32,000 bases of DNA from Nitrosopumilus maritimus SCM1 (GTDB lineage Archaea; Thermoproteota; Nitrososphaeria; Nitrososphaerales; Nitrosopumilaceae): the NCBI RefSeq assembly GCF_000018465.1, contig NC_010085.1, positions 1,470,001-1,502,000 of the forward strand. The letters run 5' to 3'. A program made the position numbers and the translations under genes. Position 1 is the first letter of the stretch. Each line of letters begins with the position of its first letter. Below are positions 26,471 to 32,000 of this stretch, piece after piece. The notes under the pieces are model-generated. The model worked only from the letters and a program-made list of their open reading frames with translations. It was not told where the DNA came from and made no database searches.

Positions 26471-27805
26471 TTATTTGACCTCAACGTGACAGGAATGGAA
26501 ATGTTCACTCCATTTTGAATGACCTACAAATCTTTTTGACTCAAATTCTTGCAGGTCAGTAAATGTAGTACTAGTTTTACCAACTGTGTTTCCCTTGGCA
26601 TCCAAAAAAGATATTGAGAGTTCGACTTGAGGTCGCTTTAGATGATCATTATGATATTGACCAGAAATTGTTACTAGTCCAAAATCATCACGTATACATG
26701 AAAAATTTTCTACACCTTGAATTGCAGATTTTTCTGGTTCAATAGATTTCGGTACAGTTTGAATTGGATTAGAAGAGTCTTGGGAAATATTTTCTTGAAT
26801 ATCTTTTTGTAAAATATGATGTAATTGAGAACTCATGTGATCATTATTGAAATACGCAATTTTTTTTAGAATTTCACTCATAAATCTAGTTGTAGGCTCG
26901 GTTTCATCTAAGATTAGATCAGAGACATCATAATTGTAGTGTTCATTATGTTGATCAAATATGATAACATGTATTATGAAATTTTCATAAATGCATGATG
27001 TTAATCCACCCTTTGAAGTATAGTTAAACAAACATTCAGAATTTTCATTTGGGTTTCCACTAAGATATGCAGATTCGAATACTTTGTCTTTATTTTCAAA
27101 AGAATTCCAATAGTCATCTAAATCATTTTTGTTGTTAAATTCAATTATTTGCATTGTTAATGTAGGTACTTTGAATTTGTAAAAAATTGGTTCGTATACT
27201 CTAGTAATGTCATTGAAAATAATTTTGACAGAATCTACAACACCTTCTTTTTCTTCAAATTCATATTCAGTTGAAAATGTTCTCCACTTTGTCTCTTTTG
27301 TAATATTCAAAATTTCTTTATCATTTAACAAATATTTTTCAAGACTTGATTGGAATGTTTCATCATTTGAAAAGATACTTTGCTCGGGGTTGTATTCTAG
27401 ATACCCAACTTCTCTCAAGTAATGAATTGTTCTAAGAAATTGTAAATCACTTATTTTTCCATCAATCCACCATTCTGCTCTATCTTTAACCCAATATGGA
27501 ATTAATTCTAAAGTCTTTTCTTCGTATAATTCGGGAATATCTTGAATTACAGTTTTTGCAGTATTGATTAGAATTTCTTGTGATTTTATTTCATCAGGTA
27601 TGATATTTTTATCAAGAATGTTTTGAATTAGTGCTAAAAATTCAGAATCAGACATTTGCCCATCTATCCAGATAGAAGTAGTCTGTCTTACCCAATCAGG
27701 GAATATGCTAGGCTCAGAATCATCTCCAAAAACAGGATTTTGGAGTGAAATTACAAGTAAGAGGACAGTGATTGCAAATAATGAACTGATTTTTAGATTC
27801 ATCAA
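26471..27805 (-). CDS. Secreted protein with two N-terminal divergent WW-modules
   Basis: 444 aa; signal MNLKISSLFAITVLLLVISLQNPVFG; FPDWVRQTTSIWIDGQMSDSEFLALIQNIL and IPYWVKDRAEWWIDGKISDLQFLRTIHYL. Confidence 0.75.
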   Translation of the reverse strand: MMNLKISSLFAITVLLLVISLQNPVFGDDSEPSIFPDWVRQTTSIWIDGQMSDSEFLALIQNILDKNIIPDEIKSQEILINTAKTVIQDIPELYEEKTLELIPYWVKDRAEWWIDGKISDLQFLRTIHYLREVGYLEYNPEQSIFSNDETFQSSLEKYLLNDKEILNITKETKWRTFSTEYEFEEKEGVVDSVKIIFNDITRVYEPIFYKFKVPTLTMQIIEFNNKNDLDDYWNSFENKDKVFESAYLSGNPNENSECLFNYTSKGGLTSCIYENFIIHVIIFDQHNEHYNYDVSDLILDETEPTTRFMSEILKKIAYFNNDHMSSQLHHILQKDIQENISQDSSNPIQTVPKSIEPEKSAIQGVENFSCIRDDFGLVTISGQYHNDHLKRPQVELSISFLDAKGNTVGKTSTTFTDLQEFESKRFVGHSKWSEHFHSCHVEVK

Positions 27806-29169
27806 GTAGAAACCTCCTTTGAGAATTGTGATAGTGCATCTCCAAAGTCAGCATCACTGGAATCATACTTTGCATACTCTACACTTCCACAAAGTAACAG
27901 CCAACCTCTTACCTTGCCAAATGCATCTGATTTTGATTCATCAAGCACACTTAGTAACTCTTGGTTTGTCATTTCTTTGTAAATTTCCATATTTTGTGAA
28001 TAATAGTATCGAATTGCCTGACTGAGTGTTTCAAATGCTTCTTTTCTTTGATTATTATCAAACAAATTCTGAGATTTGTTTATCATTTGTTGAGTTAATT
28101 CTCTAAAGTCAGTTTGAGGCTTTGACACTTGCAATAGTGGTTCTTCATACTTTCTTTCTGATAATTTCTTGCGCAATAGATATCCAAATACTGCTAATGC
28201 AACAAATACTGGAATAATCAAGAGTAGTGAAATATTTTCAAAGCTTTGTGTAGGTGCAGTTACTTGGAACGGATTACTCTGTAATGAATCACGTATGTGT
28301 CTTGTATTTTCGAACTTTGGTTTTTCAAATTTGAAATTATCAAATATGTTTTCTGGTTCACTTGTAGGTGCAGAAACAGCTATACCAGTATCAGGTAATT
28401 TACCAGGTGGAAGCTGTTCACCAGACAATATACCATCAAATAGTTGCAGAGTCTGTTCAGAGAATGCATCATTCATTCTTTCTTGAATTTGTTCTTTAGT
28501 TAGTAAGAGATAGTTTGGAGAGTATTCCCTTAGATCAAACTCACCCTCACCACTAAACGTAGCATCTTCCATCATTTGTCTACCAAGTGTGAATTCTTTA
28601 GGAGTAAAGATGTCGTTTGGAATTGCTGCTAAATTATCCATACTGTATCCACGTTCAAGCACAAAAAGCTCCAAGTTTGAGTTTGGATTATAATCAAATG
28701 CCTGACCTTTTATCAAATATCTACTATCTCCAATAGGATCAAGCAAAGCTTCTGCAATTTCGACATAGCCATCAGAAAATCGGTCATAATATTTTATTTT
28801 ATGTTTAAAACTTTCTTGTCTAAGATCTCGTTGTTCAATTAGCATTCCATTTAGAATTTGACCTTCTTCTGAATCAATTGTAATTTTATAATCTCCAATA
28901 GAGTAGTTGTTACCTGTAATGAATTTATCATAAATTGGTTTTACAGATTCTGTATTTTCTACTACCAATTCTTCATAGCTGGAAACTATTTCAGCTTCTT
29001 GCGTTGTAACATGTTCTTTTTCAAGTTGCCCTTCAATTAACCAATCCATTTGAATTTCGGTAGATTCTGCAAATGCAGGATTCACAGCTATGAGAGGTAA
29101 TAACAAAAAGATTCCAATAATTTTTTTGCTAAAAAGTAAAGAGTTATGCGACAATTCTATACCTGCCAT
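27802..29169 (-). CDS. Membrane protein, BatD/DUF4129-like role in a MoxR-VWA cluster
   Basis: 455 aa; signal peptide, large extracytoplasmic part, TM NISLLLIIPVFVALAVFGYLLRKK, C-terminal cytosolic helical domain QRKEAFETLSQAIRYYYSQ; overlaps the VWA gene. Confidence 0.6.
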   Translation of the reverse strand: MAGIELSHNSLLFSKKIIGIFLLLPLIAVNPAFAESTEIQMDWLIEGQLEKEHVTTQEAEIVSSYEELVVENTESVKPIYDKFITGNNYSIGDYKITIDSEEGQILNGMLIEQRDLRQESFKHKIKYYDRFSDGYVEIAEALLDPIGDSRYLIKGQAFDYNPNSNLELFVLERGYSMDNLAAIPNDIFTPKEFTLGRQMMEDATFSGEGEFDLREYSPNYLLLTKEQIQERMNDAFSEQTLQLFDGILSGEQLPPGKLPDTGIAVSAPTSEPENIFDNFKFEKPKFENTRHIRDSLQSNPFQVTAPTQSFENISLLLIIPVFVALAVFGYLLRKKLSERKYEEPLLQVSKPQTDFRELTQQMINKSQNLFDNNQRKEAFETLSQAIRYYYSQNMEIYKEMTNQELLSVLDESKSDAFGKVRGWLLLCGSVEYAKYDSSDADFGDALSQFSKEVST

Positions 29170-30094
29170 AAATTATGTAAGCATCAATTAGCAATAATCC
29201 AATTGCAGCAGCTATAAACCAATCTCTTATTGTAGAATATTCAATTTCATAAGCAAGATTAGAGCTAAGATTAACAAAAATTTCATTTAATGTTTGCTCA
29301 TCAAGTGATTTGTAGTAATTTCCAGAGGTTTGTTGTGCAATAATTACAAGTGTTTCTTCATCTAATTCTGCATATTGTGGTTCGCCATAGATATCATCTC
29401 TTAGAAAAACAGGTTCAATTGAACCTAATCCAATTGTATGAATTTGGACATTGTTGATTTTTGCATACTCTGTTGCTTCTTCTGGTGTTACTAATCCGGA
29501 ATTATGTACTCCGTCACTCAGTAAGATCACTACACCTTTCTTGTCAGGAATTGATGAAGCCATATCTACTCCAAGTGCAAGTCCATCTCCAATGGCAGTA
29601 GCACCCAATCCTTGTTCTATTGATGAAATTGCATTAACTGATTTTTCTTTATCAGGTGTAAGGTAAGAAACAGTTGTTGCACCTGACTCAAAGAGAACAA
29701 CTCCCACATTATGCTGAGGTCCCATTTTTAGAATCAGATTATTTATGGCGTTTTTTGCAGCATCCAGACGTGTTGGCTCATAATCTGTGGCTGCCATACT
29801 TTCAGAACCATCTAAAACTATGCTCAAATTGATGCCATTTTCAACTGATAGTGTTGGGATTTGAGGATTTGCAAGTCCAATAATTGCCAATCCGAGAATC
29901 CCCATCATCAAGACAAATGGCAAATGTTTTCGCAGAAAGTTTTTGCCCATTACAGATTTTTTTACAATTTTTAGTGAGCTAAATTTCATGATAGAATCTT
30001 TTTTCTCAGAATTGTATTTTGAATAAAGAACATACAATCCAGGAATTATCAAAAGCAAAAATAATGCATAAAGATATTCAAAATGAATTTCCAT
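29144..30094 (-). CDS. VWA-domain membrane protein (BatA/BatB-like)
   Basis: 316 aa; MIDAS motif VLDGSESMAATDYEPTRLDAAK, ILLSDGVHNSG; N- and C-terminal TMs. Confidence 0.9.
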   Translation of the reverse strand: MEIHFEYLYALFLLLIIPGLYVLYSKYNSEKKDSIMKFSSLKIVKKSVMGKNFLRKHLPFVLMMGILGLAIIGLANPQIPTLSVENGINLSIVLDGSESMAATDYEPTRLDAAKNAINNLILKMGPQHNVGVVLFESGATTVSYLTPDKEKSVNAISSIEQGLGATAIGDGLALGVDMASSIPDKKGVVILLSDGVHNSGLVTPEEATEYAKINNVQIHTIGLGSIEPVFLRDDIYGEPQYAELDEETLVIIAQQTSGNYYKSLDEQTLNEIFVNLSSNLAYEIEYSTIRDWFIAAAIGLLLIDAYIIYGRYRIVA

Positions 30095-30967
30095 CTATTT
30101 TCTCCTCCGAGTATGAATATAGCGATTAAATGTAACATCAAAGGGTTCCTCATTTGAAAGATTCAAAAAATCAACTCCCAGTTTTTTCATTTCATATTCA
30201 ATTTCTTCTCTAGTCTTCTTAATAAGATTAGAATACTCTTCTTGGAATTTTTTATCAGAAGTGTTTACCAGTATTTGTTCTCCAGATTCTGCATCCTCTA
30301 GATATACATGACCAATTTCAGGAATCTCTGTTTCACGAATATCAGAAATATTTACTAAAACAATTTGATGTTTTAATTTTAGATATTGCAATGGCTTTAC
30401 GAATGAATCTGACATAAAATCTGAAACAACAAAAACAACACTTCGACGTTTTAGATTTTTTTGTAATTCTGATAATGATCTAAAGATATCTGTTTGTGTA
30501 CTTTGAGGAGTGTATTCTAATAATTTTTTTAAAATTTCCATCATGTGTTTTTTGCCTTTTTTTGCAGGAACAAATTTTTCCAATGAATCTGTAAAAAGAC
30601 CCAATCCAACTCTGTCATTGTTCTTTAGTGCAGAAAACATCAGAGAAGCTGTTATCTCAAATCCAAGTTCTTTTTTACTCTTTACAAAACCAAAGTCATT
30701 ACTTGCAGACATGTCCATTACAACATAGACGTTAAGCTCTTTTTCTTCGACAAACTCTTTTACAAAAAGATCATTGTATCTAGCTGAAACATTCCAATCC
30801 ACTCTTCTGGCATCATCACCAGCTGCATACTCTCTAACCTCAGAGAACTCAATTCCTCCACCTCTAAATCTGGACCTGTAGGCACCAGATTCCATGCCTT
30901 CGACTAGATTTTTGGTCTTGATATCCAGGTTTTTTACCTGCTTCAAGAGTTCTGTGAGTTCAGTCAT
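30095..30967 (-). CDS. DUF58 protein
   Basis: 290 aa; YRSRFRGGGIEFSEVREYAAGDDARRVDWNVSARYNDLFVKEFVEEKELNVYVVMDMSAS. Confidence 0.92.
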   Translation of the reverse strand: MTELTELLKQVKNLDIKTKNLVEGMESGAYRSRFRGGGIEFSEVREYAAGDDARRVDWNVSARYNDLFVKEFVEEKELNVYVVMDMSASNDFGFVKSKKELGFEITASLMFSALKNNDRVGLGLFTDSLEKFVPAKKGKKHMMEILKKLLEYTPQSTQTDIFRSLSELQKNLKRRSVVFVVSDFMSDSFVKPLQYLKLKHQIVLVNISDIRETEIPEIGHVYLEDAESGEQILVNTSDKKFQEEYSNLIKKTREEIEYEMKKLGVDFLNLSNEEPFDVTFNRYIHTRRRK

Positions 30968-30976
30968 GGCCTAAAC

Positions 30977-31999
30977 CTAAGGCGGATTGATTTTTTCTAA
31001 AACAAAGTCAATTACCTTATCAGAGGTAATTCCGTTTGCTTCTGCCTCAAATGTCAAAATTATTCTATGTCTGAGAACTTCGTGTGCAACAGCTTTGACA
31101 TCTTCTGGAATAATGAAGCCCCTTCCATTAAGCATGGCATTTGCTTTTGCAGTTCTCATTAACCAAATTGATGCTCTAGGAGATGCTCCAAACTCTATCA
31201 TATTTTCTAAATCTAGATCATAGTCTTTTGGAGTTCGTGTTGCATTTACAATATCTGCGATATATTCTGTAACTACTTTATCAGCATAAATTTTTTCATT
31301 GAATTTTTGAATTTCTAAAATTTCTTCAGGACTGATAATTGTATTTACTTTATCTTCTTGTTCAGATGAATTTTTTTCAATAATCTCGAGTTCTTCTTGT
31401 TTTGAAGGATAATCAATTAAAATTTTCAGAGCAAATCTATCAACTTGTGCTTCAGGAAGTTTGTATGTTCCCTCGTTTTCAATTGGGTTTTGTGTTGCAA
31501 GAACTAGGAATGGTTTTTTTAATTCAAATGTGTCTCCGTGTATGCTGACATTTCTTTCTTGCATTGCTTCAAGTAATGCTGATTGGACTTTGGGTGGTGC
31601 ACGATTAATCTCATCAGCAAGCACAAAATTATGAAATATCGGACCCTTTTGTGTTACAAATGATCCTGAGGCATTCTTGTAAATTTTTGTTCCTAAAATA
31701 TCTGCTGGAAGTAAATCGGGTGTAAATTGAATTCTAACATGATCAACATTGAAAATTTGTGCCATTGTCTTTACCATCAATGTCTTTGCTAAACCAGGAA
31801 CACTCTCTAAGAGTACATGGCCATCAGCTATTATTGAAATGAGAATTTTCTGTAAAGCGTCTTGTTGTCCAATCACAACTTTATGAGATTCTTCAAAAAC
31901 TGCATTTAGTTTCTTTGCATACTTTTGAGCTTGCTCACTTAGCTTTTTGATATCTTCATTTGATACCGAATAGTTTACGTGATTCTCTCTCAGTGCCAT
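30977..31999 (-). CDS. moxR: MoxR-family AAA+ ATPase
   Basis: 340 aa; LLESVPGLAKTLMVKT (Walker A), VLADEINRAPPKVQSALLEAMQE (Walker B), FLVLATQNPIENEGTYKLPEAQVDRF. Confidence 0.94.
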   Translation of the reverse strand: MALRENHVNYSVSNEDIKKLSEQAQKYAKKLNAVFEESHKVVIGQQDALQKILISIIADGHVLLESVPGLAKTLMVKTMAQIFNVDHVRIQFTPDLLPADILGTKIYKNASGSFVTQKGPIFHNFVLADEINRAPPKVQSALLEAMQERNVSIHGDTFELKKPFLVLATQNPIENEGTYKLPEAQVDRFALKILIDYPSKQEELEIIEKNSSEQEDKVNTIISPEEILEIQKFNEKIYADKVVTEYIADIVNATRTPKDYDLDLENMIEFGASPRASIWLMRTAKANAMLNGRGFIIPEDVKAVAHEVLRHRIILTFEAEANGITSDKVIDFVLEKINPP

Positions 32000-32000
32000 G

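Overview
AT-rich, gene-dense archaeal chromosomal window. Content fits a Nitrosopumilus-like ammonia-oxidising thaumarchaeon: archaeal riboflavin route, S19e/Rpp21/PDCD5/Nep1, B12-dependent ribonucleotide reductase (RNR), many leaderless TATA-ATG/TTG starts, and repeat-bearing secreted proteins. That taxonomic call is inference from gene content. Main blocks: (1) a riboflavin operon at 160-4495 with an embedded deaminase-type amidohydrolase; (2) a response regulator, a small ribbon-helix-helix protein and a divergent winged-helix-like gene; (3) a CitE-like lyase plus an acryloyl/crotonyl-CoA-reductase-like MDR protein; (4) PDCD5, S19e, Rpp21, tRNA-Gly(TCC), Nep1; (5) adenosylcobalamin RNR (nrdJ) preceded by a fused HTH + ATP-cone + NrdD-like protein that ends before any glycyl-radical motif, i.e. 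a possible nucleotide-sensing regulator; (6) a DUF35 protein plus thiolase; (7) a compact MoxR-DUF58-VWA-BatD-like cluster running into four adjacent secreted proteins that share a ~35-aa 'W..N.A.WW..G.I.D..F..GI.FL' module. Two of those four carry an identical 235-bp in-frame segment, suggesting recent gene conversion. I found no CRISPR array, transposase or prophage. The best candidates for something undescribed are the RNR regulator with its GATC-rich/hairpin intergenic DNA, the MoxR/VWA-linked WW-module cluster, and the amidohydrolase in the rib operon. All motif and repeat calls were made by eye.
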